This document shows, one piece after another, positions 19,453 to 28,329 of a DNA stretch of 64,000 nt. A model generated the notes under the pieces. The model made no database searches. It saw only the letters and a program-made list of their open reading frames with translations, and had not been told where the DNA came from. Position 1 is the first letter of the stretch. Every line of letters starts with the position of its first letter. A program made the position numbers and the translations under genes. This DNA is from an uncultured Clostridia bacterium (GTDB lineage: Bacteria > Bacillota > Clostridia > Christensenellales > UBA1242), in assembly GCA_944345365.1 (NCBI GenBank), contig CALVMJ010000002.1, positions 15,517 through 79,516 of the forward strand, given 5' to 3'.

Positions 19453-20058
19453 ATGTTTAATCGTAATAGAACAAAATCCATTCTTTCAGGTTTTTCTTTT
19501 TCTTGCAAGTCTTTGATGGCAGAGTGCAAGATAAGATTAATCATAACTTATTTTCTGATGCTCATTGGAATTTTTTTTGGTATTTTTTTGGCTGTTAGGT
19601 TAAATAATCAAGGAATTCTTGACAAAGCCGGCGATTATGGATATATTAGTTTTTCAATTGTTAAAATATCTTCTTTTTCCTCTTTTTTATGGAGATTTAT
19701 TTCGGTTGCTTTAATTGCTGGAATGTTAATGTTATTTTCACTTTCAATTTTTCTTTATCCAATCGGGCAAATTGTGTTGCTTTACAGGGCATATCTTATT
19801 GGACTTAATATTGTAATCATTATTTTATTGGGAGGTTTTGGAGGATTATTTACCGGACTTTTGATAATTTTACCTTGTCAACTAATTAATCTTGCGATAC
19901 TTTCCACCTTTTTCTGTATTTACACAAAAAACAGAAGAAGTGATTTAAGGGAAAGATTAAAAATTTTTGGAATAACTCTTTTGTTGTTATTAATAGTGGA
20001 TATTATTGAAAGTCTTTTGCTTTTAGTATTTGGTGCAAATATTATTTTGGTGATTTAA
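19453..20058 (+). CDS. Multi-pass membrane protein, possibly SpoIIM-like (DUF95)
   Basis: 201 aa with about 5 TM helices. The segment LLIILPCQLINLAILSTFF sits where SpoIIM has LPHGIxExPA. Weak by-eye similarity only. Confidence 0.35.
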   Translation: MFNRNRTKSILSGFSFSCKSLMAECKIRLIITYFLMLIGIFFGIFLAVRLNNQGILDKAGDYGYISFSIVKISSFSSFLWRFISVALIAGMLMLFSLSIFLYPIGQIVLLYRAYLIGLNIVIIILLGGFGGLFTGLLIILPCQLINLAILSTFFCIYTKNRRSDLRERLKIFGITLLLLLIVDIIESLLLLVFGANIILVI

Positions 20059-20126
20059 ATTTGTCCCGCATATTTTAAGGCAATTTGAAGAAACTACTTT
20101 TAAGAAAAAAAATCTTGGAGGTAGTA

Positions 20127-21278
20127 ATGAGAAAACTTTTATTAATTAGTATTCTTTTGTTTGCGATGTTTGCGGGTTTGTTTGAATTTAAAACCTCAGA
20201 TATAGTAACAAAAGCAGAGGTAGGCATTGAGTCAAAATCGGCTTGTTTGATGGATTTTAAATCTGGTGAAATCCTTTATGAAAAAAATCCTCACGAAAAA
20301 TTGCCGGTAGCAAGTATGGTCAAGATGATGACAATTCTTCTTACTCTTGAAAACCTAGAAGAGGGAAGGATTTCTCTAGATGACAAGGTTTTTACATCTG
20401 AAAAAGCTGCTGGAATGGGAGGATCTCAAGTTTTTATTGACCCATATCAAGATTATTTGCTTTCAGATTTATTAAAAAGTGTTATAATGGCTTCTGCTAA
20501 TGATGGGAGTGTTGCACTTGCCGAATATATAAGTGGAAGCGAAAATAACTTTGTCAAGCAAATGAATAAGAGGGCAAAAGAGCTTGGCATGAATGACACA
20601 AACTATGTAAATTCAACCGGCCTGCCTGCTCCGGAGCAATATTCTTCTGCATATGACTCTGCCTTGGTGCTTAGCGAAGTTGTTAAGTATGACACATATC
20701 ACAATTACAGCACGATCTGGATGGACAAACTCATTCACCCATCAGGCAGGGTAACAGAGCTTGTTAACACAAACAGGCTTGTTAAATATTACCAAGGTTG
20801 TGATGGTGGAAAAACGGGTTCCACTGATGAAGCAGGCTGTTGTTTGTCTGCATCAGCAGTGAGAGATGATATGAGATTAATATCCGTTATTGTTGGAGCT
20901 GAAAATAGTAGCAAGAGATTTAATGAATGCTCAGAACTTTTTAACTATGGATTTTCAAACTTTGAAAGTAAAAATTTAGTTTCCACTCAGCAAAGCCTTG
21001 GAATCATACCGGTTTCAAAAGGAAAGGTTGAAAATGTTGATGTTTATGCAAAAGAAGATTTTTCGGCTGTTGTAAGAAAAAATGAAGAAGACGGTTATAA
21101 AATAGTTCTAGACTTGCCAAAGAGTGTGAAAGGTGGAACTAAAACTAGCGACAATGTTGGGTTGGTGTCAGTTTTAAGAAACGGCGAAGTAGTTAAAGAA
21201 ATTCAAGTTGGGTTAAAGGAAGATTTGGATAAGATGAGTTACTTTGATGGAGTTAAAAAGGTTTTGCAAGGATGGTAA
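20127..21278 (+). CDS. dacB: D-alanyl-D-alanine carboxypeptidase (peptidase S11, DacB/DacF-like)
   Basis: ATG 20127 follows TTGGAGG. Signal peptide present. Motifs SMVK (SxxK), SANDGS (SxN) and KTGST. Lies close to scpA-scpB as in Bacillus. Confidence 0.85.
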   Translation: MRKLLLISILLFAMFAGLFEFKTSDIVTKAEVGIESKSACLMDFKSGEILYEKNPHEKLPVASMVKMMTILLTLENLEEGRISLDDKVFTSEKAAGMGGSQVFIDPYQDYLLSDLLKSVIMASANDGSVALAEYISGSENNFVKQMNKRAKELGMNDTNYVNSTGLPAPEQYSSAYDSALVLSEVVKYDTYHNYSTIWMDKLIHPSGRVTELVNTNRLVKYYQGCDGGKTGSTDEAGCCLSASAVRDDMRLISVIVGAENSSKRFNECSELFNYGFSNFESKNLVSTQQSLGIIPVSKGKVENVDVYAKEDFSAVVRKNEEDGYKIVLDLPKSVKGGTKTSDNVGLVSVLRNGEVVKEIQVGLKEDLDKMSYFDGVKKVLQGW

Positions 21279-21289
21279 TCAAAATAGAC

Positions 21290-21328
21290 AAAAAACGGGA
21301 CTCTTTTTACAAATAGCCCGTTTTTTTG
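21290..21328 (+). terminator. Probable terminator after dacB
   Basis: AACGGG ... CCCGTT stem with a large loop, followed by T7. Confidence 0.55.
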
Positions 21329-21329
21329 T

Positions 21330-21357
21330 TTGATTTTGTGTGTTTTTTTGATATAAT
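21330..21357 (+). promoter_or_regulatory. Extended -10 promoter, leaderless-type spacing
   Basis: TTGATT (21330-35), 16-nt spacer, TGaTATAAT (21349-57). The ATG at 21367 is 9 nt downstream with no SD. Confidence 0.5.
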
Positions 21358-21366
21358 AAAAAAGCA

Positions 21367-22029
21367 ATGATTTATTTTATTTTTACGCTGGGGTTGTCTG
21401 GCTGGAATTTAATAGCTTTTTTGGTGGCTTATGTTATCGCCATTTGTTTTTCAATTCTTGCCCACGAATATTCTCACGCATTGGTTGCTTATAAGTTTGG
21501 AGATCCAACTCCTAAATTATTAAAAAGACTGAGTTTGAATCCTTTAAATCATTTTGATATGTGGGGGATAATTTCATTTTTGGTAATAGGCTTTGGCTGG
21601 GCTAAACCTGTTCCGGTTAATCCTAATAATTTCAGAAATTATAATCGTGGAAGGAGATGGGTTTCGCTTTCAGGAATTTTGACAAACCTCATTTTTGCTT
21701 TTGTTTTTAGTGCGTTTTACTATTTCTTTTTTGATAAGCTGTTGAGTATGGGAAATGTTTTCTTGTCGTTTTTAGGGTATCTATTTATGCTTGCAACGGT
21801 AATTAATCTTTCTCTTGCAGTGTTTAATTTGTTGCCAATTTACCCATTAGATGGTTTTAACTTTATTTCTACCTTTTTAAGACCTGACAATAAATTTGTG
21901 CAATTTATGAGAATGTATGGTTCTTGGGTTCTATTGATTTTTATTATATCACCACTATTTGACTACGTTTATTCTTTTGTTATAAACGGGATACAAACGG
22001 GTCTATTTTTATTTTGGGGGCTTTTCTAA
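21367..22029 (+). CDS. Site-2 protease family zinc metalloprotease (peptidase M50, YwhC-like)
   Basis: HEYSHAL (HExxH) in a TM helix plus NLLPIYPLDGF. 220 aa, polytopic. Confidence 0.8.
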   Translation: MIYFIFTLGLSGWNLIAFLVAYVIAICFSILAHEYSHALVAYKFGDPTPKLLKRLSLNPLNHFDMWGIISFLVIGFGWAKPVPVNPNNFRNYNRGRRWVSLSGILTNLIFAFVFSAFYYFFFDKLLSMGNVFLSFLGYLFMLATVINLSLAVFNLLPIYPLDGFNFISTFLRPDNKFVQFMRMYGSWVLLIFIISPLFDYVYSFVINGIQTGLFLFWGLF

Positions 22030-22817
22030 TGAATGATGTACTAAACGAAAAAGTAATTGAAGAAGCAAAAGAAACGGAGCAATTAAATTTTCTAGACAAT
22101 AAATACAGATTTAAATTGGAAAACTTTGAGGGTCCTTTAGATCTTTTGCTCCATTTAATTAAGGGAGCTAAAATGGACATTATGGATGTCAAGCTTTCCG
22201 AGATAACCGAGCAATATATGGAGTTTATGAAGGATCTTTCCGAGATTGATATGGAAAGAGCCAGTGAATTTATTATAGTTGCTGCAACACTTCTTGAAAT
22301 AAAATCAAAACATCTGCTTCCAGTTGAAACAGAGCAAGAAAGTATTGAAGAGGAGGACAGTGAGGCACTTCTTCTTAGAAGGTTAAAGGAATATGAAATC
22401 TTCAAACAAGTCGGACAGGATTTAAGAAATATTGAAGATATTAACAAGTTTTACAGAAAGCCGGGTGAAGAAACAGAAAAAGTTAAGATTATTATAAAAG
22501 ATATGGTGCTTGATAAACTTTTAGATGCTTTTGCTAATCTTCTTGTCAAAGAGAAACTTAGAAAAGATGAAAAACCAGAGCCTAAAAAGATAATAAAAGA
22601 CAGGTTTACGGTCGCAGAAAAAATTATTTCGATAAGAAACTATTCAAAAGAACATAAAAGATATGTATTTGAAGATTTATTTACACAAGATATGACAAAA
22701 AGTGAAATGATTAATGTCTTTCTTGCATTGCTTGATTTGTTAAAACTTCAAGTAGTAAGAGTAGAGCAAAGTTCAAATTTTGAGCAGATTAACATCATTT
22801 CAAATGAGGAGGAATAA
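22029..22817 (+). CDS. scpA: Segregation and condensation protein A
   Basis: FEGPLDLLLHLIKGAKMDIMDVKLSEITEQYMEFM. The ATG overlaps the previous stop (TAATG). Confidence 0.9.
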   Translation: MNDVLNEKVIEEAKETEQLNFLDNKYRFKLENFEGPLDLLLHLIKGAKMDIMDVKLSEITEQYMEFMKDLSEIDMERASEFIIVAATLLEIKSKHLLPVETEQESIEEEDSEALLLRRLKEYEIFKQVGQDLRNIEDINKFYRKPGEETEKVKIIIKDMVLDKLLDAFANLLVKEKLRKDEKPEPKKIIKDRFTVAEKIISIRNYSKEHKRYVFEDLFTQDMTKSEMINVFLALLDLLKLQVVRVEQSSNFEQINIISNEEE

Positions 22818-23485
22818 TGGCAAACATAGAAACAGAAATTAACTTAAAAGAGGTGATTAAATCAATATTGTTTGTTGCAGGAGAAGGTGTTGAAAAGAGT
22901 TTGCTTGCAGAAAAACTTGACACGCCATTAAGCAAAATTGAATATGCAATCAGCGAGCTAAAGAAAGAGTTTTGTGATGAAAATGGAATACATATAATCT
23001 GTTATAAGGACAAGGTTCAACTAACATCAAACCCAAATTATGCAAATCAAATTTCTGATGTATTAAGTCCTATAAGAGAAAAGTCATTAACAAGAGCGGC
23101 ACTCGAAACACTTGCAATAATTGCTTACAAACAGCCAATCACAAAACTTGAAATTGAAGATGTTAGAAGGGTGAATTCTGACTATGCTGTTCAGGCTTTG
23201 TTAGATCAAGATATGATTGAAATTGTTGGAAGAAAAGATGCGGTGGGCAGGCCTTTGCTCTTTGGAACAACAGAGAATTTCTTAAAGAGATTTAATATTT
23301 CTGATGTTTCCGAGCTGCCTGACTACGAAGAGCTTCTTGAAAGAATTAAATTGATAAGAGAAGAGGAGGATTCACAAAAATCAGACTCTCTCTTTAAAAA
23401 TCCAGATGATTTTAAATTCGAGGACGAAGAACTTCCAGACTTTTTGTCAGAGGAAAGCGTTGAAAAATTTGATGCAGAGGAATAA
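22817..23485 (+). CDS. scpB: Segregation and condensation protein B
   Basis: ILFVAGEGV..., TRAALETLAIIAYKQPITKLEIEDVRRV, GRPLLFGTTENFLKRF. Confidence 0.9.
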   Translation: MANIETEINLKEVIKSILFVAGEGVEKSLLAEKLDTPLSKIEYAISELKKEFCDENGIHIICYKDKVQLTSNPNYANQISDVLSPIREKSLTRAALETLAIIAYKQPITKLEIEDVRRVNSDYAVQALLDQDMIEIVGRKDAVGRPLLFGTTENFLKRFNISDVSELPDYEELLERIKLIREEEDSQKSDSLFKNPDDFKFEDEELPDFLSEESVEKFDAEE

Positions 23486-23547
23486 TTTTCACACTAGAAA
23501 ATTTTTCTTAATATAATAAAGAAGGATAGACAAGCATAATATATGTT

Positions 23548-23700
23548 ATGCAGGATAGAAAGATTAAAGCAACAGCCGTTAAGCATAAACCATTTTCGAG
23601 AAAGTATAAAGTAAATTTAAGATTTGTCTTAAAAATATTGATTGTGAGTTTGTCAATTTCCTTGATTGTGCTTATAGGGTTGTTTCTGGGTGGGTATTAG
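23548..23700 (+). CDS. Candidate 50-aa basic single-pass membrane mini-protein (not in the ORF track)
   Basis: MQDRKIKATAVKHKPFSRKYKVNLRFVLKILIVSLSISLIVLIGLFLGGY. Its TAG stop (23698-700) directly abuts the TTG start of the spoIVFB-like gene, in the same frame. There is no convincing SD. A TATAAT lies at 23512-17. Confidence 0.35.
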   Translation: MQDRKIKATAVKHKPFSRKYKVNLRFVLKILIVSLSISLIVLIGLFLGGY

Positions 23701-24558
23701 TTGAAAAATGCCCTAAAAAAACTTCCTTTTCATCCTGCATTTTTTTTGCTTTTAATTTGGTTTTCAATTAGCGGAAGAGTGATTGATTTTATCGTGTTTT
23801 TTATTGTTCTTCTTATTCACGAGTTTGGTCACTATATCGTTGCAAAAAAGCTGGGATATAAACTCAGTGCTTTCTACCTCACACCTTGCGGAGCAAAACT
23901 TAGCTACGAGGAGCACTTTTTTAGCTACAATGATGAAATAAAAGTAGCACTTGCTGGGCCATTTTTTAATCTTTCTTTTGCAGTTATTTTTACCTCATTA
24001 TGGTGGGTGTTTCCAAGTATATATTTTTTTACTTTTCCTTTTGTTTATCAAAGCATATTTTTGGCGCTATTTAATTTGCTCCCAGCATTTCCTCTTGATG
24101 GGGGAAGGGCTGTTGTTGCATTGTTTTCAAATTTTGTTCCAAGGGTAAAAGTCTTAAAAATCTCAAAAATCAACAATTTGATTTTTTCAGGAATTTTTTT
24201 AATAATGTTTATCATTTCGTGCTTTGTTGATTATAACCCAACGCTTGCGCTAGTTGTTGTGTTCTTACTCTTGGGTCTTTTAGATGTCAATAAAGAAGTT
24301 AAGTATGAGCTTTCATATTTTTATAAAAAAATCAACAAAAATTTTACGAAAGCAAGGATTTATTATGTAAATGAAAATGTTTCTTTATGCGATTTAATCA
24401 GGAAAATAGAAAAAAATAAATTTACGCTTTTTTATGTTGAATTTAATGATAGTAAATCAAAAATATTGGAAGAAAAAAATATAATTAAATTAAGCGTAAA
24501 ATATCCCTTAAACACAAAATTATGCGAAATATTTAATAAAAAAACAGCAAATTATTAA
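23701..24558 (+). CDS. spoIVFB: SpoIVFB-like site-2 metalloprotease (peptidase M50)
   Basis: By eye it aligns from its first residues with B. subtilis SpoIVFB (LPFHPAFFLLLIW.. / IHVHPFLWIIA..). Motifs HEFGHYIV and NLLPAFPLDGGR are present. 285 aa versus 288 aa. TTG start follows GGGTGGG. Confidence 0.7.
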   Translation: MKNALKKLPFHPAFFLLLIWFSISGRVIDFIVFFIVLLIHEFGHYIVAKKLGYKLSAFYLTPCGAKLSYEEHFFSYNDEIKVALAGPFFNLSFAVIFTSLWWVFPSIYFFTFPFVYQSIFLALFNLLPAFPLDGGRAVVALFSNFVPRVKVLKISKINNLIFSGIFLIMFIISCFVDYNPTLALVVVFLLLGLLDVNKEVKYELSYFYKKINKNFTKARIYYVNENVSLCDLIRKIEKNKFTLFYVEFNDSKSKILEEKNIIKLSVKYPLNTKLCEIFNKKTANY

Positions 24559-24575
24559 TTGCTGTTTAATTTTTA
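24541..24575. terminator. Hairpin between convergent genes
   Basis: AACAGCAA (24543-50) / TTGCTGTT (24559-66), overlapping the spoIVFB-like stop codon. Confidence 0.5.
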
Positions 24576-25019
24576 TTCAACCAAAAATGGAATTAGGTTG
24601 TTTATATTATCCCTTTCAAGGGTCTTTAATCTATTTATTATCTCGTCTAATTCTGGTGAAATATTTTTATGATCAAATTCGTCTTTTATGCAGGTAATTA
24701 CTCCCATAAAGGTTCCAAGTAGCATCAGTTCTGCAATTTTTCTGTTTGATTTATCTGTTAGTGTTGAGATATTTATTGATGTCCAAAGTTTAGCTTTTTC
24801 AATCCAATTATTGTCTTTAATTCCCTCAATTTTTTCACTTTTGGCAAAAAGCTCACACTCTCTTGCTATTATGTAATATGCGTCCTGTTCCTTTGCAATT
24901 TCGTCCTTTAAGTTTTTGCATTCAATTTTAGGTAAAATTTCCTCGATTGATTGAAGGGCTGTTTTGGCATTTTGATAAATTGCATTTAAGTATTTAGTTA
25001 TTTTCTCTTTTTTATCCAT
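24573..25019 (-). CDS. Hypothetical all-helical cytoplasmic protein (148 aa)
   Basis: Good SD (GGAGGAtaaATG on the minus strand). Predicted helical bundle. No family recognised. Confidence 0.6.
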   Translation of the reverse strand: MDKKEKITKYLNAIYQNAKTALQSIEEILPKIECKNLKDEIAKEQDAYYIIARECELFAKSEKIEGIKDNNWIEKAKLWTSINISTLTDKSNRKIAELMLLGTFMGVITCIKDEFDHKNISPELDEIINRLKTLERDNINNLIPFLVE

Positions 25020-25109
25020 TTTATCCTCCTATAAATATTTTGGAGGTTAATTCAAAAACTATTCAAAAAATTTAAGAATACAAATTAAAAATTTTAACAA
25101 AATAAAGAT

Positions 25110-26528
25110 ATGAGATTGTCAACAAAAATATTTTTAATAATTTTTATCATAACGCTAATACCAAGTGTTATTTTTTCAAAGTACATTTTTCAAGGGATAA
25201 AAGTAACCGAAGCTGGTTTTAGTGTTAATTTTGGTACTTTAGCGATAGTCGGGCTTTGCTTTATGGGGCTTAATACTATATTTGGAACAATATGTTATAT
25301 CAGATTTTTGAGAGGTTTAAAACTCTCCAAGGTGCTTTTTTTTGCTCTTGCTCCTTTGACAATTTTGTATGGTGCTGGGATATATTTAATAGCCGATCTT
25401 GCCAAATTGCCTCCACAAACTGCTAAGGCCGTTAGAACAATTTTAAATATTGGCACAGAAAATCAATATAATTCTGTTTTATGGGCAATCTTGTTAACTC
25501 TTATTTATATTTTAATTTCCTTTTTAACCTTTGCTTATGTTTGCAGACCTATTCAAAAAATTGAAAAAGTTACGGCAAAATTGGGCGATGGAAGAATCAA
25601 TGAAAAATCGATAAATATAGGAAAATCAAAACAGTTTAAAAAAATTGAAAATTCTTTGGAAAAAATTAATTACAATTATAAAGAAAAGGAGAATAAAGTT
25701 AAACAAGTTGATTTAGAGGCTCAAAAATTCATTCCTAAACAATTTTTAAGATTTTTGGGAAAAGGTTCAATAGCAGAACTAGAGCTTGGAAATCAAGTAC
25801 AAAAAAGGGCTACGACGCTTTTTTGCGACCTTTTAAGTTCCACAAAAGTCAGCACAACTTTAAGCCTAGAAGAAAACTTTAATTTCATTAATTCATACCT
25901 AAATGTTATTTCACCTTTAATAAGAAAATACGATGGCTTTGTTGACAAATATCTTGGAGATGGAATTTTAGCTGTTTTCCCAAGGGCCGAAAGAGCTGTT
26001 GAATGTGCTCATGCAATTATAAGGATAATTGAGGTTAAAAACAAATCGCAAAAGGATTTGCCTGACATTGACACAAAAATATCAATTAATACAGGAGAAA
26101 TTATATTTGGAGTTGTTGGTGAAGAAGAAAGAAAATCTCCCACAATTATTTCTGATGTGGTAAATCTTGCTTCAAAAATGGAGGAGATTAATAAATATCT
26201 TGGAACAAAAATGGTTTTTTCAAAGCAAACTCTCAATGAATTCCCTGAGAAATTTGAGATTGCATACAGGTATATTGGCTCGCTCTCTATTGAGGGAGGT
26301 GTTTTTCTGCCATTGTTTGAAAGCTTGGAAATTTATTCAAAAAACACAAGAGAAAAACTTGTTAGACTTAAAGCAAAATTTGAAAACGGTGTTAGAGAAT
26401 ATAACGATGGTAAATTTAAAGATGCAAAACAAAGTTTTGAAGAAGTGTTAAGGTATTTGCCAGAAGACAAGCCTTCATATGTTTACTTTAACAAGTGTGT
26501 TGAAAAATTGAGCAAACAAGAAATATAA
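25110..26528 (+). CDS. Membrane-bound class III nucleotidyl (adenylate) cyclase with C-terminal TPR-like segment
   Basis: About 4 N-terminal TM helices and a linker. Cyclase core motifs: LFCDLLSST (metal Asp), FVDKYLGDGILAVFP (Lys + metal Asp), and GVVGEEERKSPTIISDVVNLASKMEE (Asn present; the usual Arg of N-x-A-x-R is Lys). Confidence 0.75.
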   Translation: MRLSTKIFLIIFIITLIPSVIFSKYIFQGIKVTEAGFSVNFGTLAIVGLCFMGLNTIFGTICYIRFLRGLKLSKVLFFALAPLTILYGAGIYLIADLAKLPPQTAKAVRTILNIGTENQYNSVLWAILLTLIYILISFLTFAYVCRPIQKIEKVTAKLGDGRINEKSINIGKSKQFKKIENSLEKINYNYKEKENKVKQVDLEAQKFIPKQFLRFLGKGSIAELELGNQVQKRATTLFCDLLSSTKVSTTLSLEENFNFINSYLNVISPLIRKYDGFVDKYLGDGILAVFPRAERAVECAHAIIRIIEVKNKSQKDLPDIDTKISINTGEIIFGVVGEEERKSPTIISDVVNLASKMEEINKYLGTKMVFSKQTLNEFPEKFEIAYRYIGSLSIEGGVFLPLFESLEIYSKNTREKLVRLKAKFENGVREYNDGKFKDAKQSFEEVLRYLPEDKPSYVYFNKCVEKLSKQEI

Positions 26529-26539
26529 AGATTAAAATG

Positions 26540-26569
26540 TTGACTTTTGTAAAATTTTTGTTGTAAAAT
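26540..26569 (+). promoter_or_regulatory. Promoter with leaderless-type spacing for the TM2 gene
   Basis: TTGACT (26540-45), 18-nt spacer, TAAAAT (26564-69). The ATG at 26576 is 6 nt downstream with no SD. Confidence 0.5.
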
Positions 26570-26575
26570 ATTAAC

Positions 26576-27157
26576 ATGCAATTAAAGGGAAGAGTTAATA
26601 AAAAATGCCCTAGGTGTGGGAATGAATGTCTGCTTACTCAGGTTGAGTGTGATGAGTGTGGCTTAGTTTTTTCTAAGATTGAAAAAGCGACAAATAAAGA
26701 GGGCAAAAGAAGACTTTTAAGGGGAGAAAAAGACCTTGTAATATATGTAAAAAAATGTCCTATAGATGTTAAAAAGTGGAAGTTAATTTTAATAACAATT
26801 TTTGCTGGACTTTTTGGGACTCATTACTTTTATGTTGGCAGGTGGAAGTGGGGTCTTTCAATTCTTTTGTATTTTTTTGCAGTGTTATTTATGGGTGTTG
26901 TTTTTAATGCTTATTTTTTGACCATCTGGGAAGGGACTTTTTTTTCAGTTTTCGGGCCTTTAACAGGAATTTACACTATCATTTGGTTGAATGATATAAG
27001 AAAAGTTTGTTTTAACAGATTTAAAATTCCTGTGTCAATAATTTCTTTAAGTGAAGAGGAAGAATATCAAAAGCAAAAAGAAGATAAGAAAAAACAAAAA
27101 GAAAAGTTAAAAGAACTCAAAAAGAAGAAAAGTGAATTTAAAAAAATTAGTGATTAA
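26576..27157 (+). CDS. Zinc-ribbon + TM2 domain membrane protein with Lys/Glu-rich tail
   Basis: CPRCGNEC...CDECG zinc ribbon. TM2-type pair of helices (FAGLFGTHYFYVGRWKWGL). C-terminal KKKQKEKLKELKKKK tail. Confidence 0.75.
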   Translation: MQLKGRVNKKCPRCGNECLLTQVECDECGLVFSKIEKATNKEGKRRLLRGEKDLVIYVKKCPIDVKKWKLILITIFAGLFGTHYFYVGRWKWGLSILLYFFAVLFMGVVFNAYFLTIWEGTFFSVFGPLTGIYTIIWLNDIRKVCFNRFKIPVSIISLSEEEEYQKQKEDKKKQKEKLKELKKKKSEFKKISD

Positions 27158-27223
27158 ATAATTTATAATTTTGTAATAGATAAAATAATGTAAAATTTCT
27201 GTAAAATAAAATGAGGTAGAATT

Positions 27224-28303
27224 GTGAGAGTTGTTGTTGGAATAAGTGGTGGAGTTGATTCCTCTGTTGCAGCTTATCTTCTTAAAAAGCAAGGGTATGA
27301 TGTAATAGGTCTATTTATGGTTAATTGGGAAGAAAGAGATGGAACTTGTACAGCTGAAAGTGACTATGAAGATGTCAAAAGGGTTTGCAATAAAATAGGG
27401 ATTCCATACTTTTCGGTTAATTACTCAAAAGAGTATTATGAAAGGGTATTTGAAAGATTTTTAGAGGAATATAAAAAAGGAAGAACTCCGAACCCAGACG
27501 TGCTTTGCAACAGGGAAATTAAATTTGGTCCATTTTTAGAGCAAGCAAAAAAACTGGGCGCTGATTTTATTGCCACAGGACATTATTGCAAAAAAATTGA
27601 AAAAGACGGAAAATATTATTTAGCAAAAGCAGACGACCTAAATAAAGACCAATCATATTTTTTAAATCAGCTTTCACAGGACCAACTAAAAAGCGTGATT
27701 TTTCCATTACAAAATATAGATAAGCCGACTGTGAGAAAAATTGCCAAGGAGCTTGGATTGTCAACGGCTGAAAAAAAAGATTCCACCGGAATATGTTTTA
27801 TTGGAGAGAGAAATTTCAAAAATTTTCTCAAAGATTTCCTTCCTGCAAAACAAGGGGTTATAAAGAGAATTTCAGACGGAGAAATTGTTGGTAAGCACGA
27901 CGGGCTTATGTGTTATACATTAGGACAACGAAAAGGATTAAACATTGGAGGAAGAAGTGACGGAGATGGCCAAAGATGGTTTGTAGTTGAAAAAGATTTA
28001 AAAAATAATGTCCTATATGTTTCTCAAGGCGAAGATGACAAACTTTTTTCTGATGGACTTTTTGCAAGTGAAATGAATTTTATTCCCGAAACACCAAAAC
28101 AAAAAAAGTTTAGATGCTTTGCAAAGTTCAGATACCGTCAACCAGATCAAGAAGTGGAAGTCGAGGTTCTATCTGACAACGAAATAAAAGTAGTCTTTAA
28201 AAATCCACAAAGGGCAATTACACCCGGACAATATGTGGTTTTATACGATGAAAAAGGTTTATGCTTAGGCGGAGGAGTTATTGATAATTCATTCAAAAAT
28301 TAG
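27224..28303 (+). CDS. mnmA: tRNA 2-thiouridine(34) synthase MnmA
   Basis: PP-loop [17 protein letters not shown], catalytic Cys region [10 protein letters not shown]. Confidence 0.95.
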   Translation: MRVVVGISGGVDSSVAAYLLKKQGYDVIGLFMVNWEERDGTCTAESDYEDVKRVCNKIGIPYFSVNYSKEYYERVFERFLEEYKKGRTPNPDVLCNREIKFGPFLEQAKKLGADFIATGHYCKKIEKDGKYYLAKADDLNKDQSYFLNQLSQDQLKSVIFPLQNIDKPTVRKIAKELGLSTAEKKDSTGICFIGERNFKNFLKDFLPAKQGVIKRISDGEIVGKHDGLMCYTLGQRKGLNIGGRSDGDGQRWFVVEKDLKNNVLYVSQGEDDKLFSDGLFASEMNFIPETPKQKKFRCFAKFRYRQPDQEVEVEVLSDNEIKVVFKNPQRAITPGQYVVLYDEKGLCLGGGVIDNSFKN

Positions 28304-28329
28304 GCACTTAAATAGTGCCTATATTTTTT
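28301..28329. terminator. Bidirectional terminator shared by convergent mnmA and uvsE
   Basis: TAGGCAC (28301-07) / GTGCCTA (28315-21) hairpin overlapping both stop codons, with A/T runs on both sides. Confidence 0.6.

Noticed and set aside
26167-26451. 94-aa alternate-frame ORF inside the cyclase gene, and 23951-24148 inside the spoIVFB-like gene
   Set aside because: Both are same-strand overlaps in a different frame of genes with clear motifs, and they have no independent translation signals.
25110-27157. Pycsar-like or other cyclic-nucleotide defence pair (cyclase + membrane effector)
   Set aside because: The neighbour has no cyclic-nucleotide-binding, TIR or other effector domain. The two genes have separate promoters. 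The cyclase has a housekeeping-type sensor architecture and the flanking genes are core genes.
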